This document shows, piece after piece, positions 17,568 through 27,373 of a stretch of 64,000 nt of DNA. The stretch is from Nitrospirota bacterium (GTDB taxonomy: Bacteria; Nitrospirota; JACRHJ01): assembly GCA_021789495.1 (NCBI GenBank), contig JAJYJM010000009.1, forward strand, positions 4,004 through 68,003, written 5' to 3'. How positions within the stretch are numbered: position 1 is the stretch's first letter; every line of letters begins with the position of its first letter. Below the pieces are notes generated by a model that saw nothing but the letters and a program-made list of their open reading frames with translations, made no database searches and had not been told where the DNA came from. The position numbers were made by a program, and so were the translations under genes.

Positions 17568-19154
17568 ATGTCTTTTGCCGGCAGGTTCGGGGACGCAGAG
17601 GAGAGAATACCGCGGGGGATCCCGTCGATTGGCGCGATGTTATTCTTGATACTCTTTTTAGTTACGCTCTACCACGGCTCACAGTTGCTCAGCGACGGCG
17701 ACACCGGCTGGCATATAATAAGCGGCGAAAGAATACTCGCCACCCACGCGTTCCCCCATGTCTATCCGTATTATTACACCATGAGCGGCGCGCATTGGCA
17801 GGACTTTGAATGGCTGTCGGAGGTGCTGATGGCCGTTTGCTATAAGATGATGGGGCTAAACGGGGTTGTGCTGCTCACTCTGTCCGTCATAACCCTGACT
17901 ATCATGTTTCTTTACAGGTTTATGCTGCGCAGGGGCGTGAATCCCGTGTTGGCCGCCCTTTTCACCATCCTGGCGGCGAAGGTCTCATCCGTCCACTGGC
18001 TGGCGAGACCGCATATCTTTTCCTTACCGATGACGCTCGCCTTCTTCGTAATACTCGACACCTATCAACGCGGCGAAAAGGACCGCCTGCTCCTTCTGCC
18101 CCTGCTTACCATACCGTGGGTTAATCTCCACGGAGGATATATCCTCGGAATCTTCTTCGTTGTCGTTTACGCGAGCGGAAATCTGCTCCTGTCCGTCATA
18201 TCTCCCGGCGATAGGCGCGGGTACCGGACTAAGGCCGGAAGACTTTGGCTTATCCTTGCGCTATGTGTCGCGGCTGCCTGCATAAACCCTTACGGCCCGG
18301 CGCTCCTGACCCTGCCTTTCCGCCTTGTCGGCAATAAATTTCTGGTGAACCATATATGGGAATTTCAATCCCCGAACTTTCACTATGAATTGCCGGCAGA
18401 GATCCTGTTCATTGTGTCGGGCGCGATATTTGTAATAGCCGGAAGAAAGCCGAACCTGTTTGAGGGGGCGCTGATAATCCTTCTTGCCCACATGTCGCTT
18501 TTTGCGATGAGGTTCTTCCCGCTCTTCGCCCTGGTGATTACCCCGATGGCGGCGGTGAGGTTTGAGGACGCGCTCTCACGCATTCTGGCCGGCGCAAGAC
18601 ACTCAAAGATATTGGAGGGGATAGGGCGGAGGCTTAAAAAGGCCGGAAAGACCTTTGCCGCCGTCGAGATGCGGCCCACATGGCGCCTGCCGGTAATTGC
18701 CTGCCTGGCCATTACCTTCGCTATAGCGGTCAACGGAGGGAAGGTCATGAACATAAAGGTAATGGACATGCACTTCTCCTCTAAAAGTCTTCCCGTGAAT
18801 GCTGTAAACTTTGCGCTGGATAACAATATAAAAGGCAACGTGTTCAATGATTTCGCCTGGGGCGGCTACATCGTCTACAGGTCGTATCCGCGCTATAAGG
18901 TCTTTATCGACGGCAACTGGCTCGGACTGCCCATGATGCGCAAATACATGAAGATACTCTCCGGGAGAGCCGGATACGAAAAACTGCTTGAAAAATATAA
19001 TGTGGACTGGGTGATTGTCGCCCCGCACGTGCCGTTAGTGCAGCTTCTGCTGGCAACCGGGAAGTGGAGTCTGGTTTACAAGGACAAAAACGCCGTGGTT
19101 ATTCTGAAGGATGCTCCCGAAAACCAGGGAATCGTCGGGAAGTATAGAATTTGA
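17568..19154 (+). CDS. Polytopic membrane protein with a C-terminal extracytoplasmic domain, possibly a GT-C-fold glycosyltransferase-like protein
   Basis: 528 aa with at least 10 hydrophobic helices. An acidic first-loop motif is SDGDTGWH. A soluble tail of about 130 aa follows. The family was not recognised with certainty. Confidence 0.45.
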   Translation: MSFAGRFGDAEERIPRGIPSIGAMLFLILFLVTLYHGSQLLSDGDTGWHIISGERILATHAFPHVYPYYYTMSGAHWQDFEWLSEVLMAVCYKMMGLNGVVLLTLSVITLTIMFLYRFMLRRGVNPVLAALFTILAAKVSSVHWLARPHIFSLPMTLAFFVILDTYQRGEKDRLLLLPLLTIPWVNLHGGYILGIFFVVVYASGNLLLSVISPGDRRGYRTKAGRLWLILALCVAAACINPYGPALLTLPFRLVGNKFLVNHIWEFQSPNFHYELPAEILFIVSGAIFVIAGRKPNLFEGALIILLAHMSLFAMRFFPLFALVITPMAAVRFEDALSRILAGARHSKILEGIGRRLKKAGKTFAAVEMRPTWRLPVIACLAITFAIAVNGGKVMNIKVMDMHFSSKSLPVNAVNFALDNNIKGNVFNDFAWGGYIVYRSYPRYKVFIDGNWLGLPMMRKYMKILSGRAGYEKLLEKYNVDWVIVAPHVPLVQLLLATGKWSLVYKDKNAVVILKDAPENQGIVGKYRI

Positions 19155-19212
19155 AATCATGCCGCATACAGGGCCGACACGGCAGACGGCCACTGCCATC
19201 GGGCTGGTAAAC

Positions 19213-19917
19213 ATGATTCAACGATTAAGACATCTGATATTCGACAATATTGTCATAAAAATATTCTCGCTCGTATTTGCGATAATATTATGGCTCCATG
19301 TCTCGACGCGCGGCACCTCCGAGGTCAACTTCATGGTGCCTCTGGAACTCCGGGATATACCGGCGCGGATGACGGTTGTCGGGAACGTGCCGGGGCTTGT
19401 GGACGTCCGCGTCCAGACACGCGAGACGTTCCTGCGGCGGCTGACGGCGCGGGATTTCGCCGCCTTCATAAGCCTTGCGGGCGCCAATCCCGGCGATTCC
19501 GTATATACTTTAACCCCGTCCAACGTCCGCGCCCCGGGTAATGTCAAGGTAAAGAGCGTCAGCCCCTCGGAGGTGCGCCTTAGGCTGGAAAAACTGACCA
19601 GGAAAGTCCTGCCGGTAAGGGCGGAGCTTTCAGGCCGGCTTCCGAACGGCTACCACATCCGCAAAGTGGAGGCCAACCCCGATTCCGTCACGGTGGAAGG
19701 CCCTGATAACCTCGTCAGGAAGCTGGAGGATATACGGACGGGAAAAATCGACATAAGCGGAATAACCGGCAAAGTCGAAAAGATGGTTCCCCTTGTCTCC
19801 CCTGAAGCTGAAAACGGGGAGAACGTCAGGCTCTACGACGACAGCGCCGAGATAATCATAATCGTTTCCAGGGACAGGCAGCCGGTCAGCCGGCAGCGCT
19901 ATAAAGGTGCAAAGTGA
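19213..19917 (+). CDS. cdaR: YbbR-domain protein (CdaA regulator CdaR-like)
   Basis: It has an N-terminal TM segment ([16 protein letters not shown]) followed by repeated YbbR-like beta units. Its position between cdaA and glmM fits CdaR. The start could also be at 19159. Confidence 0.75.
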   Translation: MIQRLRHLIFDNIVIKIFSLVFAIILWLHVSTRGTSEVNFMVPLELRDIPARMTVVGNVPGLVDVRVQTRETFLRRLTARDFAAFISLAGANPGDSVYTLTPSNVRAPGNVKVKSVSPSEVRLRLEKLTRKVLPVRAELSGRLPNGYHIRKVEANPDSVTVEGPDNLVRKLEDIRTGKIDISGITGKVEKMVPLVSPEAENGENVRLYDDSAEIIIIVSRDRQPVSRQRYKGAK

Positions 19918-21263
19918 GAAAACTCTTCGGCACGGACGGCATAAGAGGGACCGCGAACATCCACCCGATGACGACGGAAATGGCCATGAAGCTTGGCCGG
20001 GCCGCGGCCTATGTTTTCAGGAACAGCCGCGCCAGGCACAGGATCGTCATCGGCAAGGATACCCGCCTCTCCGGATACATGCTGGAGTCCGCTCTCACGT
20101 CCGGCATATGCTCGATGGGCATGGATGTCCTCCTCGTCGGGCCGCTCCCTACTCCGGGCATAGCATTCATAACGAGGAGCCTGCGGGCGGACGCCGGAGT
20201 CGTCATATCCGCCTCGCACAACCCGTACGAGGACAACGGCATCAAGTTTTTCTCCCGCGACGGGCTGAAGCTTCCGGACGACGTGGAAGACAGGCTTGAG
20301 CAGCTTATCACCTCCGGGGAGATAGACCACATCCGTCCGACAGCCGAGGAGGTCGGCAAGGCCTTCAGGATAGACGACGCGGTAGGACGCTATATCGAGT
20401 TCGTCAAGAGCACCTTCCCGAAAGGGATGACCCTTGAGGGCCTGAAGGTTGTCGCGGACTGCGCCAACGGCGCGGCATACAAGGTTACGCCGCGGGTATT
20501 GAAGGAACTCGGCGCCGACGTATACGTGTTAAACGACAAACCGAACGGCTCCAACATAAACGCCGGATGCGGCTCGCTCCATCCGGAGATAATCCAGAAC
20601 GCCGTCGTGGAGCAGGGAGCGGACATCGGCATAGCGCACGACGGAGACGCCGACCGCGTCATATTCTGTGACGAAAAGGGCCGGGATTTCGACGGCGACA
20701 AGGTAATGGCCCTGTGCGCCATAGACATGAAAAGGCGAAAATGCCTGGCGAAGAATACCGTCGTCGCCACGGTGATGAGCAACCTTGGTCTTGAAATGGC
20801 GCTCAAGGGGGCCGGAATAAAGCTCATAAGGACCGCCGTGGGGGACCGTTACGTGGTCGAAGAGATGCTCAGGGGAGGCTATAACCTGGGCGGAGAGCAG
20901 TCCGGCCACGTGGTTTTCATGGACTATAACACCACTGGCGACGGCATAATAACAGCGCTCCAGGTGCTCTCGATAATGAAACGCAAAGGCCGGAAACTAT
21001 CCGTCCTTGGGAAGGTTATGACCACCTACCCGCAGGTGCTTGTCAATGTAACTGTGCGTGAAAAAAGGGAAATTACGGATGTTCCCGCTCTGGCCGAAAA
21101 AGTGAGAAGGGCCGAGGCTTCTCTTGACGGGACGGGTAGAATCCTGATAAGATACTCCGGAACGGAACTCAAGCTCCGCATAATGGCCGAAGGGAGCGAC
21201 AAGGCGCATATAGAAAATATAGTTCATAATCTGGCCGAAGCGGTGCAGAAAGAACTGGGGTGA
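19914..21263 (+). CDS. glmM: Phosphoglucosamine mutase
   Basis: 449 aa. It begins [10 protein letters not shown] and has the active-site motif [13 protein letters not shown] and the metal site DGDADR. The GTG start overlaps the cdaR stop. Confidence 0.95.
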   Translation: MRKLFGTDGIRGTANIHPMTTEMAMKLGRAAAYVFRNSRARHRIVIGKDTRLSGYMLESALTSGICSMGMDVLLVGPLPTPGIAFITRSLRADAGVVISASHNPYEDNGIKFFSRDGLKLPDDVEDRLEQLITSGEIDHIRPTAEEVGKAFRIDDAVGRYIEFVKSTFPKGMTLEGLKVVADCANGAAYKVTPRVLKELGADVYVLNDKPNGSNINAGCGSLHPEIIQNAVVEQGADIGIAHDGDADRVIFCDEKGRDFDGDKVMALCAIDMKRRKCLAKNTVVATVMSNLGLEMALKGAGIKLIRTAVGDRYVVEEMLRGGYNLGGEQSGHVVFMDYNTTGDGIITALQVLSIMKRKGRKLSVLGKVMTTYPQVLVNVTVREKREITDVPALAEKVRRAEASLDGTGRILIRYSGTELKLRIMAEGSDKAHIENIVHNLAEAVQKELG

Positions 21264-21279
21264 CGGGGAATCGAAAGCT

Positions 21280-21305
21280 GTCATTCTGAGCGCAACGAAG
21301 AATCC
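21280..21305. repeat. Single (half) unit of the GTCATTCTGAG...GAAGAATCC repeat family
   Basis: GTCATTCTGAGCGCAACGAAGAATCC lies directly after the glmM stop. Confidence 0.8.
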
Positions 21306-21337
21306 GCCTTTTTAGAGAGCATTATCACGAGAGTCTT

Positions 21338-23884
21338 ATGCTTGAAAAAGACCTGCACATACACGAACTGATGGAGCTTTTTTCCGCAGTAATGCAGCTC
21401 GTGAAAAATGCCTATATAATCAATTTCGGCCATATCCGCATCCTTAGAGACATCTTTACCATCATCCCCTCCTGGGCCTATCTCTTCATCGGCGCTTTCA
21501 CCCTCTGGCTTATCTATATCACCCTCAAGTTCATTATCTCCAGGACATATCGCCTCATAATGAGCAGGTTCCACGGCTCATCTCTCAGCATGTCCATCGA
21601 GAAGAGAAAGATGTATTCACAGGCCAAAAAACTGGCCGGCAAGAAGCAGTTTGACCGTGCGGCGGATTTGTATATGTCTCTGCACGAAGACGCGCTGGCC
21701 GCGAAGGTGTTCGAGAAGGGCGGTCTTCTCGCCAAGGCCGGGCGGATTTACGAAAAGATGGACAAGATAGACAAGGCGATAGAACTCTACGAGAAGGCCG
21801 GAGAGCACTCCTGGCACGCCGAGGCGCTGATGAAACAGGAAAAATACGCCCAGGCGGCGGAGGTGTTCAGAAAGGCGGGCAAGCCCATCCTGGCGGCTGA
21901 GGCTTATGAAAAGGCGGAGATGCACACGGAGGCGGCCCGGCTTTTCGAGGAGGCGGGCCATACGTTATTTGCCGCCATGCATTTCGAGAAGGCAGGGAAC
22001 CTCGACAAGGCCGCCATATACTACGACCGCGCCTATGTCGAGACAACGTCTTCCAAGGAGATGAACGTCGCCCATATAGAGAAATACAATCAGTATTCGA
22101 TAAAGGCGGGGCAATATTACCGCGAAACAGGGCAATACAAGAAGGCGGTGGAGTGCTACGCCCGTGTGAAGGCGTATATCGAGGCCGCCGAGTGCGCGCT
22201 CCTGGCCGAAGACAAAACCAGGGCCGCGGAGCTCTTCGAATCCGGGAAGCTCTATGAGAAATCAGCCGAGATATTCCGCGAACTCGGTAACACCCGCAGG
22301 GCCGCGGAACTCATGTCCGATAAGTATTTCGCGGACGGCAATTATGTGGCCGCGGCTGACATGCTTGCGGAGTCGGGAGATTTCGTCAAGGCGGCTGAGC
22401 TTTATAACGGCGCCGGGGAGTACGGCAAGGCCGGGGATTGCTACATGCGCCAAAGGGAATATTACGATGCGGCGGCGATGTTCGAGAAGGCGGGAGAGGA
22501 CCTCAAGGCCGCCCAGGCTTACGAGAAAAACGGAGATTTCAAAATTGCAGCCGAAATCTACATGAACATAGGAGACGTCGAGAAGGCGTCGTCCATGGTC
22601 GAGGCCGCCGGGGAGTATTTCGCTGCGGCGGAGATGTACAGGAAGGCTAATCTCCCGGCAAAGGAGTTCTCGTCGCTCCAGAAGGTGCGCCAGGGCGATC
22701 CGGGGTATCTGAACGCCTGCGGCAGGATGGCGGACATCCTGCGTGAACAGGGAAAGCTCGACGTCGCGGAGCAGAAATACATAATAGCCATCGGCCAGTC
22801 CGAGCCGGACGAGGAGAACATAGGCTATTTCTACGGCCTCGGCACGATATACGAGTCCGGCGGGAAGTTCAGGGAAGCCCTCGGAATGTACAAGAAGATC
22901 CAGCTTGTGGACATCGCATACAAGGATGTCGAGGAGCGCGCGAAGAGATGCGAGGCCCAGGTCTCCGTTGCGGCGACCCAGGCCGGGGCGACCCAGTCCG
23001 GCATATCCCGCCCCGGAAGCTCCGCCGCGGGCCGGACTCCCGGCGTCGAAGGCAGACCGGCGGACAGGCCGTCTTCGGCCACGTCTGACTCCGCCAAGAG
23101 ATACACAATCCTCCAGGAGATAGGACGGGGCGGGATGGGCGTCGTCTACAAGGCGATGGACAATACCTTGAACCGCGTAATAGCCATAAAACTCCTGCCC
23201 AAGAGCATCAGCGAAAACCCAAAGGCCATTATGCGCTTCTCCGCCGAGGCGCGCTCGGCGGCCCAGCTTAACAACCAGAACATCGTTACGCTTTACGACT
23301 TCCAACAGGCCGGCGGCAGAAGCTTCATCACGATGGAATATGTGGAAGGCGTAACCTTGAAGAAGCTCCAGGCAATGGTGGAGAGCCTGCCGTTAAATAA
23401 GACCCTCAAGATTATCTACCAGTGCTGCCAGGGGCTGGATTACGCCCACAAGAAGGGCATAATACACCGCGACATAAAGCCCAGCAATATTATGATAAGC
23501 AAGCAGAACGTGGTAAAGATAATGGACTTCGGCCTTGCAAAAAGCCCCGGAGAAGAGACCCTTACGGACGCCGGCTCCATTAGCGGCACGATAATGTACA
23601 TGTCGCCGGAACAGCTTCAAGGAAAGAAGCTCGCCCCCACCACGGACATCTACTCGCTTGGCATTGTCCTCTACGAGCTGGCCGCCGGAAAACATCCGTT
23701 CTCCGACGGGGACGCGGCATACCACCACATCCACACTCAGCCCGCGCCGCCCCTCCAGCTAAGGCCGGAGATACCGGGAAAGCTGAACGAAATAATCCTG
23801 AAATGCCTTGAGAAGGACCCGTCCGGGCGGTTTGAAAGCGCCTATCATCTCGCAATGGCACTAAGGGAAGTTCCTCTGAAATAA
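21338..23884 (+). CDS. Membrane-anchored helical-repeat (TPR-like) protein with a C-terminal Hanks-type Ser/Thr kinase domain
   Basis: 848 aa with a TM segment near residues 45-70. About 450 aa of roughly 20-aa A..(Y/F)EKAG....AA repeats follow, then a Ser/Thr/Pro/Gly linker. The kinase motifs are GRGGMGVVYKA, HRDIKPSN, DFGLA and SPEQ. Confidence 0.85.
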   Translation: MLEKDLHIHELMELFSAVMQLVKNAYIINFGHIRILRDIFTIIPSWAYLFIGAFTLWLIYITLKFIISRTYRLIMSRFHGSSLSMSIEKRKMYSQAKKLAGKKQFDRAADLYMSLHEDALAAKVFEKGGLLAKAGRIYEKMDKIDKAIELYEKAGEHSWHAEALMKQEKYAQAAEVFRKAGKPILAAEAYEKAEMHTEAARLFEEAGHTLFAAMHFEKAGNLDKAAIYYDRAYVETTSSKEMNVAHIEKYNQYSIKAGQYYRETGQYKKAVECYARVKAYIEAAECALLAEDKTRAAELFESGKLYEKSAEIFRELGNTRRAAELMSDKYFADGNYVAAADMLAESGDFVKAAELYNGAGEYGKAGDCYMRQREYYDAAAMFEKAGEDLKAAQAYEKNGDFKIAAEIYMNIGDVEKASSMVEAAGEYFAAAEMYRKANLPAKEFSSLQKVRQGDPGYLNACGRMADILREQGKLDVAEQKYIIAIGQSEPDEENIGYFYGLGTIYESGGKFREALGMYKKIQLVDIAYKDVEERAKRCEAQVSVAATQAGATQSGISRPGSSAAGRTPGVEGRPADRPSSATSDSAKRYTILQEIGRGGMGVVYKAMDNTLNRVIAIKLLPKSISENPKAIMRFSAEARSAAQLNNQNIVTLYDFQQAGGRSFITMEYVEGVTLKKLQAMVESLPLNKTLKIIYQCCQGLDYAHKKGIIHRDIKPSNIMISKQNVVKIMDFGLAKSPGEETLTDAGSISGTIMYMSPEQLQGKKLAPTTDIYSLGIVLYELAAGKHPFSDGDAAYHHIHTQPAPPLQLRPEIPGKLNEIILKCLEKDPSGRFESAYHLAMALREVPLK

Positions 23885-23920
23885 GTTTTCTTTTCGAGCC
23901 ATTTGTGTTTTTGCGGTTCA

Positions 23921-26533
23921 ATGAACTTCACGAAACACGAACACGCGTCACATCCTCTTCTTGTCCCCGCCGCCGCCCTGGCCTGCGGCATAGCCGCGGG
24001 GAAGGGTTTTGAATATTTTCCCTATTCCATCCCGGCGCTCTCGATAGTCGCTCTTGCGGTATTTTCCCTCTTTTCCAGGGCGTTCCACAAATCACGAACA
24101 CGGATAACTATCATCGCGGTTCTATTCTTCATGTTCGGTTTCGCCTCGTTTTACCTCTACGGCCCCGGCGCCCCTTCCGTCTCAGCCGGGCTTGCGGGAA
24201 AGGGTCTCATCCGGCTCACGGCGGCGGTTGTGCGTCCGCCGGAGGAAAGCGGCGGCTTTACCCGGCTTGTCGTGGAACCCGCCGCATCTGCGCCGTTCCC
24301 CGGAAGGAAAGGTCTTATACTCCTTGCGATTAAAGGAACCGGCCTCGGCGTCCGCTACGGGGACGTCATATCCGGAGTGGTCTCTTTGGAGAAGCCGGGG
24401 GGCTTCAGGAACTTCGGGGAGTTCGACCGGGGCCGCTACGACGAAGACGAGTGCAGGGACGCGGAAGGGTACGCAAACCCTGAGGATATTTCCTTAATCG
24501 CCCGCGGACGCGGGATACTCTCAAGTCTTTACGCCTTCAGGCTGAGGCTCTCAAGGCTTGCCGTTGCGAGCCTTCCCCCGGAGCAGGCGGCGCTTTTCAA
24601 CGCCATGGTGCTTGGCGACCAGAATGCCGCTTCGGACGACATGCGGGATAATTTCTCCGCATCGGGGACGACACACCTGCTGGTGGTATCCGGTTCTCAC
24701 ATAGCGCTTCTCGCATCGCTTGTGTTCGGGCTTGTAATAGCCGTTTCATATATCATCCCGTACCGCCTCGCACTTCGGTTCAGCCTGGCTCTGGACAGGA
24801 ACAAGGCCGCGGCCCTGGCCGCGCTACCCGCGGCGGCGGCATACGCGCTCCTGGCCGGTATGCACGTATCGACGGTGCGCTCCATCCTGATGATAACGGT
24901 CTTCCTTTTGTCCGTTATTATCGACCGCGAGCGGGACAGCCTGAACGTCCTGGCCGGGGCCGCCATGCTGGTGCTTGTAATCGACCCGTCTTCCCTCTTC
25001 TCCATTTCCTTCCAGCTATCGTACTGCGCCGTGTTGTTCATGGCACTTGCATTCGTCAAGATTAAAAATTACGCGCGGGAAAGAGGCGGTATTTATTCGG
25101 GCATAAAGAGCCGGGTTTTCCTGACATTCGCGGCCTCGCTTGCCGTATTCGCCGGAACGGCCCCGCTTGTCGCAAAGTATTTCAACTCCTTCTCGTGGAT
25201 ATCGGTGCCCGCGAACATCGCGCTTATCCCCGTTTCCGGTTTTATACTTGCCCCGCTTGGGCTTTTATCGGCAATTTTATACGCCGTCCATCCGTCAGCC
25301 GTCCTGCCGCTCAAGGGCATCATCTCTTTTCTGTTCGGCGTATTTTACAGGCTGGTTGAGTTCTTCGCCTCCGCGCCTCATGCCAACCTTCACCCGCCCG
25401 CGCCAACGTTTCCGCTCCTGCCGGCGTTTTATGCAATATCGCTTTTGTTTCTTGTCAAGAAAAAATCGCCCGATGAATCGGGCAGCCGCGGGAACAAAAA
25501 ATCCGGGCCGGACGCAAACATAACTAATATTTTCGGCGGAAGAGGCACTCGCAGGAGAAAAACCGCTTTCGCTGCGGGCGCCGCCGCTTTCCTGGCGCTC
25601 GGCCTTTTACCGACGATGCCTGCGCATGGAAAAAAGATGGAGGTAACATTCCTCGACGTGGGGCACGGGGATTCATGTCTTCTGTCCCTGCCGGACGGGA
25701 AAAACATCCTGGTGGACGGCGGCGGTAAGGATTTTAATGGTTCGACCGGCCTCGACCCGGGCAGGGCCGCCGTCGCGCCCTACCTCTGGAACCGCGGGAT
25801 AAGGAGGCTCGACGCGGTGCTCCTCACGCATCCCCACCCCGACCACATGAACGGGCTTGTCTATATTCTCAAAAATTTCGACGTCGGCGAGCTTTGGGAA
25901 TCGGGCCTTGCGTCGCGCTCGGAGGCCTACAGGGAGCTTCAGACGCTGGCGATAGATAAGGGAATCCGCCGGGTAATATTCCGGGGGCGCGGGAGCTTCA
26001 ACGTAGACGACGTGCAGTTCCAGGTATTAAACGACGCCGCCTGCCCGGTAGCGGACTCCGGAAAGCCTATCTATTGGCTGGAGAATGACCGCTCGGTGGT
26101 GCTCAGGGTAAAATACAGGAAGGTTTCATTCCTGTTGGGAGCCGACATACAGGATGAAGCGGAAGAGGCCATGCTCGATGCAAAACCGCCCCTGCCGCTT
26201 GCGTCCACGGTCTTGAAAGTCCCGCACCACGGCGGGAGGACGGCGATGTCTCCGGAGTTTGCGGCGGCGGTGAGGCCCGAATACGCGGTTATATCGGAAG
26301 GGAACATAAAGGCCTACCCTGCCCCGTCGCCCGAAGCCGTGGCCGACCTCCGGGCCGTCGGCGCCAAGGTTTTCTGCACGCGCTGGAACGGCGGGGCGTT
26401 TTTCCGAACGGACGGGAATACCGTTGAAGCTGCGTCCTACGAAGACCTTGCGCTAAAGCCGGCGACGGATTTCGCCGCAGAAAGGGGAAATATCATCCGG
26501 CTTGAGAGACAACTATCCTATAATTTCCTTTAA
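23921..26533 (+). CDS. comEC: ComEC/Rec2 DNA-internalisation channel protein with a C-terminal metallo-beta-lactamase domain
   Basis: About 870 aa with a polytopic competence domain (SGTTHLLVVSGSH). The MBL motifs are VGHGDS ... HPHPDH ... VPHHG. The start is chosen at MNFTKHEH (23921). Confidence 0.88.
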   Translation: MNFTKHEHASHPLLVPAAALACGIAAGKGFEYFPYSIPALSIVALAVFSLFSRAFHKSRTRITIIAVLFFMFGFASFYLYGPGAPSVSAGLAGKGLIRLTAAVVRPPEESGGFTRLVVEPAASAPFPGRKGLILLAIKGTGLGVRYGDVISGVVSLEKPGGFRNFGEFDRGRYDEDECRDAEGYANPEDISLIARGRGILSSLYAFRLRLSRLAVASLPPEQAALFNAMVLGDQNAASDDMRDNFSASGTTHLLVVSGSHIALLASLVFGLVIAVSYIIPYRLALRFSLALDRNKAAALAALPAAAAYALLAGMHVSTVRSILMITVFLLSVIIDRERDSLNVLAGAAMLVLVIDPSSLFSISFQLSYCAVLFMALAFVKIKNYARERGGIYSGIKSRVFLTFAASLAVFAGTAPLVAKYFNSFSWISVPANIALIPVSGFILAPLGLLSAILYAVHPSAVLPLKGIISFLFGVFYRLVEFFASAPHANLHPPAPTFPLLPAFYAISLLFLVKKKSPDESGSRGNKKSGPDANITNIFGGRGTRRRKTAFAAGAAAFLALGLLPTMPAHGKKMEVTFLDVGHGDSCLLSLPDGKNILVDGGGKDFNGSTGLDPGRAAVAPYLWNRGIRRLDAVLLTHPHPDHMNGLVYILKNFDVGELWESGLASRSEAYRELQTLAIDKGIRRVIFRGRGSFNVDDVQFQVLNDAACPVADSGKPIYWLENDRSVVLRVKYRKVSFLLGADIQDEAEEAMLDAKPPLPLASTVLKVPHHGGRTAMSPEFAAAVRPEYAVISEGNIKAYPAPSPEAVADLRAVGAKVFCTRWNGGAFFRTDGNTVEAASYEDLALKPATDFAAERGNIIRLERQLSYNFL

Positions 26534-27178
26534 ATCCCGAACCCGCTCGGCGAAGAAGTCCGGACCCGCCTCCCGAAGCTTCGTTCTGCCTCCGTAGCCG
26601 TAACCCACAAGACAGCACTTCATCCCCGCGGCGCGCGCGGCAAGCAGGTCGTTTATGCCGTCGCCCACCATGACGGCATCTGCCGGAGATATATCCAGCT
26701 CCTTCAGCGCATGCAGGAGTATCGCCGGATCGGGCTTTACCGAAAGGCCGGGGACCCAGCCCTTCACGCAGGAGAAAAGCCTTGATAAATCAAGGCCGTT
26801 CAAGATAAGCCTGGCGTGCGTCAGGGGCTTGTTCGTGGCCACGCATAGCCTCATCCCGTCGGCGCCGGACAGCGCTTGGAGCGCCTCCCGTATCCCGTCA
26901 TACGGGATTGTGGTGTCGAGGACATGGTCTTTATATATCCGCCAGAATCTCTCGACTCCTTCGTCCACAATATCCGAGGCCTGTTTGCCGGTTACGGACT
27001 CCGGCGGGAACGACGCCAGTACAAGCTTGTGTATCCCGCCGCCTATCAAGCCGTAAATCTCCCCGTCGTCCTGCGCGGGGAAACCCATGTCCTTCAGCAT
27101 CAGGTTCACGGAGACCGCTATGTCCTTCCGGGAATCCACCAGTGTCCCGTCGAGATCGAAAAGAGCCGCTTTTGGCAT
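26513..27178 (-). CDS. HAD-IA family hydrolase (phosphoglycolate phosphatase-like)
   Basis: 221 aa. Motif I is LFDLDGTLVDS, and it also has ATNK and the motif IV GDGINDLLAARAAG. Confidence 0.85.
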   Translation of the reverse strand: MPKAALFDLDGTLVDSRKDIAVSVNLMLKDMGFPAQDDGEIYGLIGGGIHKLVLASFPPESVTGKQASDIVDEGVERFWRIYKDHVLDTTIPYDGIREALQALSGADGMRLCVATNKPLTHARLILNGLDLSRLFSCVKGWVPGLSVKPDPAILLHALKELDISPADAVMVGDGINDLLAARAAGMKCCLVGYGYGGRTKLREAGPDFFAERVRDLKEIIG

Positions 27179-27283
27179 AAGTCCTCTATTTTCTTGGAAC
27201 TATCAAAAATGAACAATTAAGTAATATTAATTTATTCTCTTAATATTTGCAAACGGTTTTTAATATAAAAACATTCCCGCTTT

Positions 27284-27312
27284 TTGACACTTCATTGAAT
27301 CTCTGTTATATT
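27284..27312 (+). promoter_or_regulatory. sigma70-type promoter candidate (TTGACA - 17 nt - TATATT) in an AT-rich intergenic region
   Basis: The hexamers were read directly, 62 nt upstream of the DUF4912-like gene. Confidence 0.45.
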
Positions 27313-27373
27313 TTTTAGAGTTAATTAGTGAATTTTTTTAATTATTGACAAAAAGCGGGACGGAGCCTGGTCA

